Positions 27,288-49,762 of a stretch of 64,000 nt of DNA are shown here, one piece after another. A model generated the notes under the pieces. It was not told the DNA's origin, made no database searches, and worked only from the letters and a program-made list of their open reading frames with translations. Within the stretch, counting starts at the first letter, position 1, and each line of letters opens with the position of its first letter. The position numbers were made by a program, and so were the translations under genes. The DNA is from the human T2T-CHM13v2.0 reference genome, Homo sapiens, in the NCBI RefSeq assembly GCF_009914755.1, contig NC_060935.1; one strand, written 5' to 3'.

Positions 27288-29334
27288 GTGAGTAAGGAAG
27301 ATTTAGGGTTAACTGGCCTCATTTGAGCATGAATCAATTAAAAATTGTGATAGAGCAGGGACAAGCATATCTGACATCCCATGGCATGTAGGAATGAAAT
27401 ATCTAATTGAGCTGTCACCTCTACTCAGCTGGAATAAAATGCCTGATGAAGGTATCACTTTCAGGGTTTAAGTTACTTTTGACCTTAGAACAGAATGAGG
27501 GCATGAAGAGTACAAAAGCTATGCAGTAGAATCCTGTTTTTAATAGCATTAAACAAGTTAGATAAAATGACAAATACAAGAGCCTAAATTCTCAATTTAT
27601 AGCAGAGACTAAAACTGAAGGATTTTCTATGACTGTACAAGAAAAATATAAGAAAAAAAAGCTCTTACCTGGTTATTACATTGAAAATACATGTTAATTC
27701 TGTAAAATTTCAAATTTTAATGTCTGATTCATAAATTCACAGATATTTAAAGTGAAAATATGACACTGACGATAAATGAGTAGATCATTGATAATTATGA
27801 CAGAAAGAAAGATTTCAAGGACTTTCAGTTCCCTTTCTAACCAGTATGAGCATCCGTTATTGGATGAAGCAGTACCTTCTCTCCTATCACATCAGATTCT
27901 TACCTCCTTTCTGGCAGATGCTATAATTTCTTTATTTTAGCAAGTTTCTTACAAAAGAGAGTGGATTTTTTCTCATGTTACAGACCTCAAGTCCTCATTT
28001 CTCCTAAATTACTTGGGACTCAACATGCTTTATATTTCCAGTCACAAAGTCAAACTCTTGCAGAGAATTCTTATACATTAAAATAATTGCAGGACCTTTC
28101 CAATTTATATCAGCAGATATCAGAGAAATATCTAGAAATTGATACCGATTTATTTTTATTGCAAAATAATTTAATTTTAGATTGAGATAATTTGCTATTA
28201 TGTTCAAGGAGTAATTCTAACTATTCATTTAATTGGATTGTAGTTTAGATGTAAAGAAACTATGCTAACTAAAGATAAATGCCAGAAACATTTCAGTAAA
28301 ATTAGCAGTGATTTCACAAATTTTAGTGTTCTTCAGAATATCTTTGTTAATAGATATTCTCAGAATCTATTATGGAAAATCTAATTTATTAAGAACAGAC
28401 TGAGGTTTAGAAATAGGCATTTTAATGAGCATTTCATAGAATTATGTGGTTAGAGGATCAAACTTTGAAATCAATCAAATGTTTGGTAATAGGAATGTTT
28501 ACACAATGTGTTTTACAGGTGATCAACCTGTATATATCCCATATTTTTTTCCCTGAGAGTAGCTAGAAGATAGTTTTCTTTGAGAAATACAGTGGTGAAA
28601 GAGTCTTGAGACGCTTTGAAAATGTCTTGGTCACTTTTCTCTGTACACTGTAAATTCTGGTTAGAGATGCTTCAGATCTGATTTCATTAGCAATGGGAGG
28701 ATTCTGTTGTTTCAGACATAAGGGAAGTCCCTTCAGTTAGCAAATGTAAAGTGGCATAATTGTCTGCATGTATGGCAGGTCCCACAGAGACACCAGAATA
28801 GTTTCGTCCATAGTGAACATCTCAAGGACCATAGTAGTTAAGAAGTTGACTGAAATTTTACCTCATTTGTATGACACGTGTCCCCTAAACAAAATTGGAC
28901 TGCTTTGACTCACCATAATAAAAAGTTGCATCACACCAAAATCCCACATTCTTATTCTCTACAAAAAGGAATGTTGAATATTATAGAACCAGTAATAACA
29001 TCATAAATACATTCAGTGAGTCTTCCTCACAGCTCACTTCAGAGAGCATTATCACTATTTACCAAGGTAACTGTGCTCTAAATTAGGCTCATTTTAGGAA
29101 TTTTTCTAATTTATTTTCTCCATCTTGGAACCCAGAATGCTACTGCAGAATTTTAGTATTATGGATGTCTATGGAGTCAGCCAAAACAACAGTGTTTCCA
29201 AATATTTGTACGGTTTTTGAAGTGTCTGCTCAAATCAGCACCATGTTTATTATCTCAATATCTGGGTATATGTTTGGAATTGATATCTCAACATCATGCA
29301 GAATCTCCATTGTTCTCCCTCCACTACCTATGGG

Positions 29335-29600
29335 GTAATACCTGTTGTAGTAGGAAGAGCCAAGAGGAAGCCCCTGGAGCTCTCTGTACCTAGAAAAACA
29401 ATAAAGAACACCACGCTATACTGGTTGAGTGGCAGATACTAATGTTACCACAAATTGAAAGTTGTAGGCAGATGATGCTTATTCTATTTAAATTTCTGGT
29501 TTGACCTGTGTAGACAGCAGGTAGTCACAAGATATGGACTGGGGAAGGTAGATTGCTATAGGAAACATTACTGTTGAAATGGAGAACAGCAGCCAGACCT
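29335..29600 (+). mobile_element. Ancient ERV-L internal (pro/pol junction) fragment
   Basis: gtaggaagagccaagaggaagcccctggagct and tttgacctgtgtagac resemble ERV-L GKAKWKPLEL and WPVQK coding DNA; heavily decayed. Confidence 0.4.
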
Positions 29601-30470
29601 ATTTTTCTAGAATACACAAAGGTGTTCCCTATTACAGTGTACAGCCACTTTACTCTAGACTTCCTAGTAGCCACTTTGTATATCTCTTGGGTGATATTTA
29701 TTATTGCTGTGTTTTTCTGAGGTAAGATTGTCTTGGAGAATCCTCAGTCCAGGGCTGGGTATTTCATGTACCATTCATTGAGGAAAGGTGTAGGGCCTCA
29801 GACAAAATCCTGAAACTGAGAAGAAATTCCTGTCTTTCACTGTACTTTAGGCTTGGTTGTTGAAGAATAAAGTGGTGTAGAAAGTACTGGAAATCAGGGG
29901 AAAGAAGGACTTGTTCACAGGAGAGGACAAATTGGTAACTTGGAAGGGTGTCTGCCTTACAGAGGACCACATGTTCTAGATGAATAAACTAGATGAATGA
30001 AATATACCTGTACACTAGAGGACATGGTATATTAAGTTTCTTTCTGCAAGCTTTTTCGTTGTTATTTCTGATTCTTTCAAAGCTGTTTTCATTTTCCATC
30101 TGAGGTCTTCCCCACTTCCTACCCATGAGGATAATGCAGTAGCTACCACATTGTCTACCTAAAAATATCTGGAGGATAACTTAATCATATAGTAGGAGTG
30201 GAAAACAACACCAGAAATTGATACCCTCAAAATGTGGAGGAAGGGGAGTTAGGGCAGATATTATCAGAATCTAGGATTGCATCTTAGTTTAGTAACTTTT
30301 AAAGTAATTCTTATACTCTTTCCACCATCCCTATGTCCCAGATACTTGCCTCACTGGAGTGGTACAGAAAAGGGAGGCTAATGCTTTCCTAAACAAGTCA
30401 GAGTGTTAAGTGGCTTGCAAACTTTCTCCTTAAACCAGCAGGATAGTAGCTGATACTTACAAAGTATCCT

Positions 30471-30888
30471 TATGTCAGCTAGGGTTCAACCACTGAAACA
30501 GAACCAGTAAAAAATATACATGTTAAGAGATTTATTAAAAAAAACTGGCTTACATTTGTGAAGGCTGGCAAGGCAACTTGTATTTATTTGTAGACCAACT
30601 GAAATTGTAGAGAAGACTGTCAGGGCAGGCTAGAACTCTAAAGCAAGGGCTTGACATGCTGTCTATCCTCAGAATCTAATCCTCATAAAAGCCTTGGTTC
30701 TGCTCTTAGCGTATTTCAATTGATTGAATTAGGTCTACCGAGATTATTTAGTATAATATTCTTAGAGTCAATTAACTATGGATTTGAATCATATCCACAA
30801 ATACCTTTACATCAACACCTAGATTAGTGTTTGCTTGAATAGTGGGACTACAGTTTAGACAAGTTGACACATAATCCTGACCCTCACA
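30471..30888 (-). mobile_element. Old MLT2 (MLT2D-like) solo LTR
   Basis: agggttcaaccactgaaacagaaccagta...caacacctagattagtgtttg...caagttgacacataatcctgaccctcaca. Confidence 0.75.
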
Positions 30889-31734
30889 ATCCCCAAATTG
30901 AACCTTGGCAACAAGTATGATTCCACATTTCCTTATGTGGAGATTTTCATTGCCAACATTAGCTGAAGGGTTTTGATTGATGAAGATTTAGAGTAAGGGT
31001 TTTGTCCCCCCCATACTATATTTTGTTTGTAGGAAAGTACCTACAGTTTGTAACATTTGATTTAGTGCACTTAATTATATTTTGAAGGAAAAAGAAATCT
31101 GGAATAAGAGGTCCAGAAGATTTAAATAACAGACCCAGAGCAATTTCCCAGGTAGATGAACCAGATCATTTAATAGCACTGGTTTATATGACTTCCTATA
31201 ATTTAGTGTATAAAAAAATGCCCATTATAGAAATTCATTAGGGTTGTTTGAACGTATAAAGTGGTTGATTCAACGTTTCTGAGTTTTGCTTCCCCGTTGT
31301 TCTCAGCATAAAGGGGTCCAAGTACTTAAATAAAAAATTCATGGCTTTCTGTATTACAGGTTTTATGTTGTGTGACTCTGCCACATAATGATATACTGTT
31401 AATGTCTAAAAATCTCGTAGCACTAATTTCTTTATAAATTAAGTCATAATCATTTAAATTGAAACTAACTACTTATACTCTTTCCTTACCTAACTCTTAA
31501 AGATGTGACACCGGACTATGGCAATACCAAGGTGTTCAATTTACACCATGCTAATGAAGCTTAGAGGTTTTGTTAGAAAGTTGATGTTCTCAATGCCACC
31601 AGCTGTAGTTCCAAGAACAGGGAAGTGATTCCTGGGCTATGTTCTGTTAAAGGTATAATAATTATTACCTTGTGAACATTAATGTCTAAATATTCTCTGT
31701 AGGAAGTTGATGATCGTAGGGCAGGGTGAAAGAA

Positions 31735-31990
31735 ACCTTAAAAATATTTTTGGAATCCATCCACTTTACTCTCTCTCCACAGCCTTCACCCTTATCAAAT
31801 CCACATTCATCTCTCAGCTGAGCTACTGCCTTCTCACTCTTACCTTTGCATCCACTAAAATTTAAATACGATCATGCGAATACTGTCCAGAGTTGTTAGA
31901 ATAAAGGCCAATATCTTCAACATAAATTTAAAACACTTGCTTGATTTGGCTCCCTTCTCCTTCTGAAATTTTACCTTGCCAATGCCCATT
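31735..31990 (+). mobile_element. L2 fragment
   Basis: tggaatccatccactttactctctctccacagccttcacc...catctctcagctgagctactgcc. Confidence 0.5.
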
Positions 31991-32459
31991 TAAGATAAGT
32001 TGGCCTCTTGTTAGCGATGTACTTTTCTTTATAGTAGAAGTTTGCATGCAAAAACTACTAGATCATAAATACCTCAAGGAAAATCATCCAAAATTACAAA
32101 CAAATATCACATGTATGTCACATTCAGATACATCCTATTGAGTATGTTATTTTCAATTTCATCCTGTGTGGAGGACTGTGCAAAGATTGAATTAATCATA
32201 CCCTTCAGTTTATGACATACATCTTCATTACGTCTTAAATGTCTTATTTTTCTTGTTTAGCTCTCTCTTCCATTTTTTTTGCCCCAATAGAAGACTATTC
32301 AATGTGTTGTTATGCATTTTTTAATCTGTCAGTCAATCTGTCTAGATCTATCTAGTATCATTGAATCTATAGTAATATATAGGGCTTTTTTCATGTCTGT
32401 ATTTTTTAATTTTATAATGATATGATTTAATACTCTTTTGCCTTTTAAGACTTTTCAGT

Positions 32460-39630
<7,171 letters not shown>

Positions 39631-39939
39631 TTACTTTGTGTACAGGGAAGGGTTGAAGAGGGCAACTTGAAATTAACTCCAGCTCTTGGGATTACAAGAA
39701 ACCTAATTCATTTTAACTGCTGAAATCTAGATCTGCCAACACTGGGCAAATACAAGAGCTACTTACTCCAGGCTTCAGTTTTAACTTCCCGCTACCATCT
39801 AAAATATGTTTTGGTATGTATAAATTTATTCATTTTAAACTAAACTTTTATTTGATAACCTGAAACTTGTATGTGTCTGATCATTGATGTATAACTTCCA
39901 GAATCCTCCATTATATCTGCTTTCCTTAAGATTGTCATA

Positions 39940-40309
39940 GTTTTCTGTCTGCCTGGAATTTTGGAACCGATCTTCCAGCCCCATAGAACTTTCTTCCCTC
40001 CCACATTTCTAAACTTGATTTAATATCTTATGCATCTCTCAGCCTTTAACTCAAAAATCTGCTTCCTAGGAAGTCTTTGGTGCCTCTCAGATCAAATGAT
40101 GTCTCCCTTATATGTGTTATCACTGATCTACTTTTCCTTTGTCTTTATTTTCACACCATAATTAAGTATTTATGTACGTTTATCTTCAACCTACAATGTA
40201 AGCTTCACTGGGGCAAGGTGCACATATTGTTCTTCTTATCCTTAAGGCCTAGTTGTTTTTTTGAGCTGTTAGTATGTGCTTAATAAATAAATGTTGAATG
40301 AATTAATGA
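39940..40309 (+). mobile_element. L2 3' end
   Basis: cttcctaggaagtcttt...aatgtaagcttcactggggcaagg...gtgcttaataaataaatgttgaatgaattaatga. Confidence 0.75.
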
Positions 40310-40914
40310 GAAAGGCACAATTTTATAGAACGCAAGAGTCATTGTTCAGTTACTTTAAGAAAATGCTTGCCTGAAGGTAGGAAAGTAGACATGCCACTAG
40401 GGCAGTATTTTCTTTTGAAGTGCTTGATTATGTAAAGTGATGAAAAATAGAAATTTGAAAGGATTGGGTTAATACTTTCCAGAGATGTATATACAAGCAC
40501 AGAGTTAGTCTTAAATTGATTTTCATGTATATAAAGTTGCTGGGAGTTGTCTAGTCACCTCTGTGATCATGGTAATTAGGTGACAGATGGAGTCTTGGTC
40601 TATATAAATCTCAGGATAAGCCCAGTTGATCCATGGACCTATCCTGTGGTTATTTTCTATGCCCCAGAATGTAGAGTAGGAATAGATACTAAATTACAGA
40701 ATCTCCAGTTGATTTCTTAATGTATCAGTGGGGTACCATGGTAGGAAGGATCTCTGGAATTGTCACCTGCCATGCCTTAACTGTCATCTTAGCCATATTG
40801 AAACCAAAGGCAATAATGCATCCCTGGGGGAATTTCAGAGAATATTCTTCCACCAGCAGTGTCAATACTGCATGGGTAGTGAGATTCTGGCAACTATTGT
40901 CATTGTTTCAGTTA

Positions 40915-41154
40915 TTTATTTTATTTCATTTTGCTTCTTTTTATTACTTCTCTTTTGCTCCTTTTTTGTTTTTAATAATTTCAACTTTTATTTTAGATAT
41001 GGGGGTACATGTGCAAATTTGTTACATGGGTATATTGAATGATGCTGAGGTTTGGGGTACAGATCACATCACCCAGGTAATGAGTACAGTATCTAACAGG
41101 TAGTTTAGAACCCATGTCCACCTCTTTCCTTCAGCCCTCTAGTAGTCCATAGTG
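40915..41154 (-). mobile_element. L1PA15/16-type 3' end
   Basis: tttcaacttttattttagatatgggggtacatgtgcaaatttgttacatggg...gatgctgaggtttggggtac. Confidence 0.8.
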
Positions 41155-43530
41155 CATTGCCCCAGTGAAACTTACAATATCTATTGTTCCCTTCTGGGGC
41201 TTGTGAGAAAGTCAAATAACTCTTGGAAAATGACTAGGTAATTTTAAATTCATTCAATCAATTATACTAGTCACAGCTACTATTCCATACTGATATCAAC
41301 AAAATACTGTTATGTAGCTATTGATCTAAGAAATGATTTATACTCTGTGCAATCAGTAAAGACATCAGAAACAGTTTGTTTTTATCTCTTCAAGAATAAC
41401 AGTACACTAATACTGTCTTAGCTCAGGGTTATATCAACTGTCATGCCTTCTGTGATGACTTAGCCTGAAGAAGTTTGATCATCTTGTTATCCTTCAGAAT
41501 GTCACCTTTTTCTAATATATTGATGCTCTTATGCAAACTGAACCTGGCGAGCAGGAAACTGGAAACATCCTTGATACCCTAGAAAACAGAGTACTAGAAT
41601 TTGTGAGAAATGTCAGGGGTATGCCATATATTTGGAGATTCTAGGGGTCCAGTTTTCTGGGCACGTCATAAGATCCCCTTTAAAGTGAAAGACAAGTTGC
41701 TGCTTTTTGAGCCACCCATTAGGTTGAAAAGAGAAATGTTTAGATTTTAGAGGGAGGAGTATAATCCTCTAATTCATTTACCAGATAGTCTATAATACTG
41801 CCAGTTTTAGCAGCGCCAGAGCAAAAAAAGGATTTGTATCACATCCAGGCTGTGATGCAAGCACCTATACCACTTGGGTCATGTGTTCCAGCAGCCTAGA
41901 TTGTGCCTTAGCAGTCTATACCATAACGAGATACAGTCTGAAGCCTTCAGCAACTCCCAATAGAAGAATCACAGTGAAGACCCACAAATGTTGAAATAAG
42001 GTCATGGTATATTCTATATTCTGCTGACAAAAATTTTACATTTAGCAAAACAGTTTCTATCTTGCAATTGCATCAAGATAGAGCCATAGTGCCTGATCAT
42101 AGAAAATTAAATGAATGTGAAACCCAAGATGCCCAATATTAAATGTGAATTTGATCCACTCAATCAGAAAGTTGGACATAGAAAGATAAACTTTCTATTA
42201 AATGAAAGTTGTATGTTATGAATGTACCCAAGGAAGTCTTGAAGGCACAAGCAAGTTGGATACAAATATTGCTCATATTCATATGTTACCTGCTCCCTGC
42301 TCTAAACACTTCACTACTTCTCTTTATACCTAAATGTGTGGCCTCATGTGGAGTTTCCTGTGTTGAGTTAACAGGGGGCCTAGTTAACCATGTGTAGACT
42401 TGGCATATAAATAAGTCTGCATGGCATTTAGCCCTGCTGGAAGTACATAGTGCTGCACTACAACCTCACTTACAGGTAACCCTAATAGTATGAAAAGGAA
42501 ACTTGCCAGTGAGAAGAACTTTGGGCAAAGTATCTGGGTTTCCACCGTCTAGAATGAGAGATGGCTTGGAGTGTAGGGATCCTCACGGACTCATGAAAAG
42601 TGATTAATGGGTTGCCCAATTTCCCGAGGACTTGGAAAGGACAGCCTGAAGTCTGGTTACAAGGGAGTTTTCCAGACAGGAATTTACAGAATAGGTAGAC
42701 TATGAGTATATCTGTATTCATGTAAATTCCCACTGAAGATTTTCCAGGGCAGAGAAGCTTATCAACAATCAGGTTAAAAAGCTGACCCATTCTCTACACG
42801 TAAGCAAGCCTCTTGTAGCGGTCTGCAATGGGCTTTCACTGATGACATTCACAGGTTGTTTCCTGGGCTCCATTACTCAAAAGCATATGGATTGTTAGAA
42901 CTATAGAAAGGTTTGTTGGTATCAATTACAGAGCAAGCTGCAGAATAACAACTAATTATATTGGTGTGCCTTCTCAAAGGGTATAATGTATGCCTTAAAG
43001 CCAGTTTAAGGTGTGACCTTTTGCAAATTTCCCAGTTTTCAAGGGTCCAGAACCTAAAGGTTAAGGTGTGGTGGCTCTTCTCATAATTATACTCAACAAT
43101 CTACTAAAATTACTTTTCTTCCTATTCCCACAGTCTTGGACTTGGTGTGTTTGGACATAAAAGTGCTCCAGAAAAACTAATTCCTCTAGAAACATAGTTT
43201 GATTATTATCAGTTAGAAGCTGAGAGTGCACCCTGACAATTTTATTCTACTAAATTGGCATGCTTCTGAATCATTATACTGGGCAAGATGCTTGATACCC
43301 ATAACCTAGAGTAAATTAGATTATGGCTGCATGATATAGCATGTAGGACTATGTCTGGAACCTGGAGAATCACTTGGGTGTAGCTCAGTGTTCCCATTTC
43401 AATAATAGTAATTAATAAAAAAACAGAAGTAGTCTCATGAAGAAAGGTCCTACGGGGACTTAGAAGTTGTAATGATAGAAGTTTGAGTTATTCCCCCAGG
43501 AAAGAAAAACACAAACAAAAACTTCACAAC

Positions 43531-43854
<324 letters not shown>

Positions 43855-44188
43855 TCACAACTATTGGCAGTGTTGGTAGAAGGCAGCAGAAGATAGAACA
43901 CACAGTATATAAAGCTATGATTACTCATTTGCGGCTTACTACCAGCTAAAAAGTGGGGACTGTAGCAGCTCTGTTCAGTGTTGACTATTTTTTGTCCTTT
44001 TTATTCTAAAAATGTATAGATAAGTACCAATTGTAGCTAATTGCTACTGATAAAATCATGCCCTGCTAGCTAGTATATGTTGGCTGATTAGACATTACAT
44101 TTTCCTCCCTGGGGAAATGGGAAGTTGTTTACATGAATAAATTACAGGAATGTTGATAGTGATGAATGTTGAGTGGCAAAAGTAGTGG

Positions 44189-44654
44189 TGTACCCATAAG
44201 TTTTATACTGTTATTTTTAGCTTTGTGCCTAGAAAGATTAATCCCTGCAGATTGCAACATGTAAATGCTATAGTCCCTTGATTTCTGGAAAAAGACAAAC
44301 AGAAGTTGAAAATATATAAAAGTAAAGAAAGATCAAGATATGACTCTTCCTTGCTATTTCATGCCTCTCTGTGGTTGGCCATAGTTTGGGCAACTGCTGT
44401 ATTTACCGTACAGTTACGACTCATGTGGGTCAGTCTGTCTTCCTTGGCTCCTACCATTGACAATTCTTCTTTAGCGCCTTGTTCCATCAGGTCACTGGTG
44501 ATAATGGTAATAATGGCTTCCCATTATTGATAGTCCTTGGGTACTTCACCATTTATTGTAGATTTCAAACTCTATGAGGTGCCCCTTTATTAAATTCTGC
44601 TCATGGAGATCTTTAAGTGTGCCATTGATTTATGTCATTACTGTGACTGATATA
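44189..44654 (+). mobile_element. LTR33-type ERV-L LTR, probable 3' LTR of the upstream internal region
   Basis: Preceded by PPT-like gagtggcaaaagtagtgg. Ends aatggcttcccattattgatagtccttgggtacttcacc...tttaagtgtgccat...tgactgatata. Confidence 0.65.
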
Positions 44655-44926
44655 ACAGGATTTGTAATTTCTTCCAATTCTTATATTTTAAGTTTCTATA
44701 GGTCAGAGATAATTCTCATACAGTGTAGATATAAAATATAATGAGGTTTTAGAAATTTATGTGGCACAATTTAATTCTATGCCCTATACTATTGATTTTA
44801 AAATGCCATTCTTTATAATGCTGCAGATATTTATAATGCTGCAGATATTATGGTGTACACATATATAGTATTTAGATTTATTTTATACTGAGAAATGCAA
44901 AGCAATAATCTTATAAAAAGAAAGAC

Positions 44927-45227
<301 letters not shown>

Positions 45228-45949
45228 AAGAAATATATTTTTAAAGGAGGAGTAATTATAGGAAAATGTTGCCAAGTTGCTGAGGAGAATTTATCATTAG
45301 TTAAAAAATAATACCCCAAAGCCTCTAGAAAGTACAAATATGACTTTCATATGCATGAAGTCATGAACACATTATTCTTTTTCCTTTTTATAGTAGCACA
45401 TCACAGAATCTTGTTCAGTCTCCCTTGTGACCGAGAGCAAACATGTCCCTTTGTCACCTAAAACATTTTATTCATTTCAAAATGGCCATGACACTGTGGC
45501 TATTTTAAGCCTCCCATTGTTTGTCTAAAATAGATTGTTCTGGCAGAGTGTATGTTCTGAAAATCATTTGCTTGGTGTGCTCATTACTTCATGTCAACTT
45601 TCAGAATGGCAATTTCTAACAATTTCTAAACATTCTTTTCCCAAACAGGTCAAGTGAATGATGCTATTTAAGTGTGTGGTTTGTGGACTATGAACTGTGA
45701 GGGAATAGGGCATTAGCATGGGTGAGGGGTAGGCAGACCACACTCATAAACCATACCAGTGTCATAGGATAAACCAAGTTTTATAGAAATGTAGAGAATG
45801 GTAATCAGGTATAAGGCCAACCAGTTCACAGTTCTTGCTAAGGTCAGGGCAAATCTGATATACAAATTATAGGGGGTTAATTGATGGACTATAAAACAGA
45901 CTCAGTAGGTCAAGGGACTGGTTTCTGTTTTCCAACTCTTTCCTCACTC

Positions 45950-46725
45950 TACTTCATCTCCCATTTTTACAGTAGAAATAATATGCTATACAGTAGAAAT
46001 TTAATTATGCTACTAAGTTGCTTAATAGCATCAGTTTTAAATATGCCTTTTTCAGGGCTACTTATTGCCAGTGCTATCAAACTCAAGCCTCATTTCATCT
46101 CCCTCATCTTGCTTTCCAGTAGTCCTTTCCACATAGCTTCTAGGTCTGTGGCTTTTCCATCACTACTCTGATAAATCGTAAATATTTCATCATTTTGACA
46201 AGCATTAAAATTTTTGTTTCAAACTGCAGGTTGAGCTGAATTGTTTATGCAACATGTGCAAATCAGCATTTGGTTTCTAGCATGAAAAATTTAAGTCAAG
46301 GAGCCAAAGTAAGATCAGAATTGACTGGATTATGTGAGAGTTTGACTGAAAAAGTTATAAACCCCTGCTCTAACCACAGTTCACATACTTTGTGAACAGC
46401 ACTGCACATGCCTTCACAACGTTTTTCCTTCTTCCTCCATTACCTTTGCCTGAAATATGAGTCTAATGCCTACTCCTTACTGTCCATACAAACTCGTTTC
46501 ACACCATTATAGAGAAGTCTGATTCTCCAGCTAAAGTGGTAATTACCTCGTCTGATCTCTGAATTATTTTTTCATGAGCCATTAGCTCAGTTATCTGATT
46601 GTTATAATTCATCTGTTTAAGCTCTAGTAAGTGAACTTCTTCAAAATAGGACTACAATTAATATCTGTATTCTTAGTCCCTTAAAAAATGGCTTACCTCC
46701 TTGTGGGTACTCAAAAATATTTAAA
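45950..46725 (+). mobile_element. L2 fragments
   Basis: cttattgccagtgctatcaaactcaagcc; ctagtaagtgaacttcttcaaaataggactac...gtgggtactcaaaaatattt. Confidence 0.45.
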
Positions 46726-48026
46726 AGGTCATCATTTCACGCTGTAATCAGGAATCTAAATAGATGTGCACTTTCAGACAAAAGGAACCACTTACAAATA
46801 CACTCAAAATAAAAACCTTTTATTCCAGGTTAGAACCTGGAATAAGACATCTACTTATTGATGTCTTTCATAGGTTCTGCCTTGAATTCAGATGTTTCTA
46901 TAGGAGACAATTTTAATCACAGAGAAGATCAGAGGTTTTGAAGAATGCGTTATTTCTGAAATGAATGAAGAAGGGAAGCTGGAAAGTTAAGGTTTGACTG
47001 GAAAGCTAAGGTTTGCATTCCACTTCTGCCATTATCTACCTTGGTGACCATGAAAAGAACAATTGAAAGAGCAACAACAAACTTCCAGTAACAATAATTG
47101 AATTCACATTATTAATAATAATTTTAACAGATGGAATGGAATGTGTACCACATGCCTCAAACTGTGTCAAGCACCTAAAGTTAATCAGTTATAAAATGTT
47201 GAAATTATATTTATTAAACATCATAAGCAGAATACTCTCAGTTCTTATATGCTTTATCCAAAATCTCTGTGAGTATAAGGAATTCTTTAAAAGTTATAGA
47301 CACCTAAAGGAAAAGGTGAAGAGATACAATGGCATTAAAATTTAGGGAAATTAAGAGTAGTGGTTACCCAGCGTAATAGACAAAGCTAAAATCCATCAGT
47401 TGGATGAGGCAGAAGACAGTGATAAGTAACCTTATTTATGCTGCAAAACCAGTCTCAGGAAGAGGAGACACCAGTTCACTTTAAAGTGGGGATAAGAAAT
47501 GGGAATTAAAGCAGGGAAGAGTATTTTTTGAACTGTTTCAAAAGCACTTAGATTGTTCTTTGGCCAACATACCCACGTTAACCCACACAGCAAGATGACT
47601 ATCCCTCGTCTAGCTTATCAGGAAAAGAATCTACTCTGAAAAATTAAAGGTAATAAGCTCTAGATTTGTACACATTGAGCAAAATTTAGAGGCCTTGAGG
47701 GTCGATGAATATATTAAAACAGGACATTAGGTAAATGTCTTCTCACTAAATGCTGAGATATCCTCCTGCTTCTCTCACTCAGCTTCTAGAATCCTGAAAG
47801 CCAGGCTTATACTACCAACTAGGAGGGACATTGTGAACCAAAAAATGTATAAATGCTGATATTAATAAAACAGTTCAGTGGCCACCAAACAAGTCAAACT
47901 CATTCATATTTTGGGACTTCTCACCGTACAGATATTCTGATTACCTGTAAAATGAGTCAATCTTACATAGGAATGGCTAGCTTACACATTTGAGGAAATT
48001 TACAAAATTTAAAGACAGATGCCAAG

Positions 48027-48028
<2 letters not shown>

Positions 48029-48060
<32 letters not shown>
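48029..48060. repeat. (GT)n microsatellite
   Basis: Read directly. Confidence 0.95.
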
Positions 48061-48064
<4 letters not shown>

Positions 48065-48196
48065 CAAAACAAAAAGCACTCTGAGGAAATATGGAAAATT
48101 TAAAGGGAAGAAAACTTCAAAAACAACAAATACAACATGAACAGCAACTATATTATCAAGACAAGATATGGCATCATAATATGAAAATAAATGCTA

Positions 48197-48532
<336 letters not shown>

Positions 48533-49762
48533 TTAAATAGATATTGAAAATTTGAAAAAGTACATTTTAGTAGAAACATTTTTTGAAGGCTTATTGGAGA
48601 AAGTTGAGGCTCTGACTCAAAAGTATAGGAAAAATATAGAAAGAAGAAATGAGGAGTAAAGCCATGTAAATCAGGTTTAAACTGGGAATTTCAAAATATG
48701 AGAAAAGGCAAAATAGACTGGAAGATACTCTCAAGTATATTATCAAAAATTTAAAATAAACTTTCCCTGAGAAAAAGTGACATGTGATTCCAGATTGAAG
48801 GAACCAGTCATTGAAGAGTCTGAAATTAATAAGTCACATGAACCAAGTCAAATTACTATGCAATTTTAGTGCTCTTAAAGACCTTAAACATTCTTAGGGG
48901 GACAATATCTATTATAGATCTCTACATGCAGATAGGTATATATGTATGTGTCCATCATCTGAGAAAGACGAACAAAATTTCATCAAAGGATTAGGAATCA
49001 GAATAATAGTCTTTCTCAGCTTAAAAGTCCACACTCAAACTATTCCAGTGCAGTATAAAACGAAGATAGCTTTAGATGGGTAAAACATACAAGTTTTGCA
49101 TATCATGCACATTAATACACTTTATTGATATATGTTCCTTCCACAAAATCGAGAGTAAATTAAGATAAAGTTGTGTAATTCAACAAATGGACTAATACTC
49201 ATGAGGCTTGAAGGAAAAAATCAGGATAATACTGTGCAGTAGTCTAGGAAGTCCTCGGGTCTCTACTTGATATTTCTCTATTTGATAATATCTTCCAGCA
49301 AACAGGCAGAAAATTTTAAGAGAGTTACAGTCAAAGGAGAAAAAAAAACACTATAACTGCTTGATCACCTGACCATGTTAAGAGGAAATTTTCAACTCTT
49401 CCCAAAGGTTTGGAAAAAGAATAAATGCTAAGTAAACTAAGCATTGACGGTAGAAAGCATTTCTGGAGTGCTAAATTGTGCCAGGTAACTACCCTGAGTT
49501 TTTAAATGTATTTTATATATAACCTTAGCAACTTTAGAACCTTGGTAATTTGTTATCCTCATTTTATATATGAACAAATTCTAGGTAAAACAAACATAAA
49601 AATGCAAACTAAAATATTTAACCAAAAATGTGAAATTGCTAGGCTAGAGGTAGGGCACAAAGGTGGCAAAATATAAGATTATTTCTAATCTTCTATAGCA
49701 GGAACTCAATAGATAATGTCTAAAATTATGAAATCAAGAAACAGCATCACTTTGTTGTTAAA

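Noticed and set aside
27669-27699. Possible minus-strand micro-exon ending in CAG|GTAAGA
   Set aside because: The donor is good but the putative acceptor has no real polypyrimidine tract.
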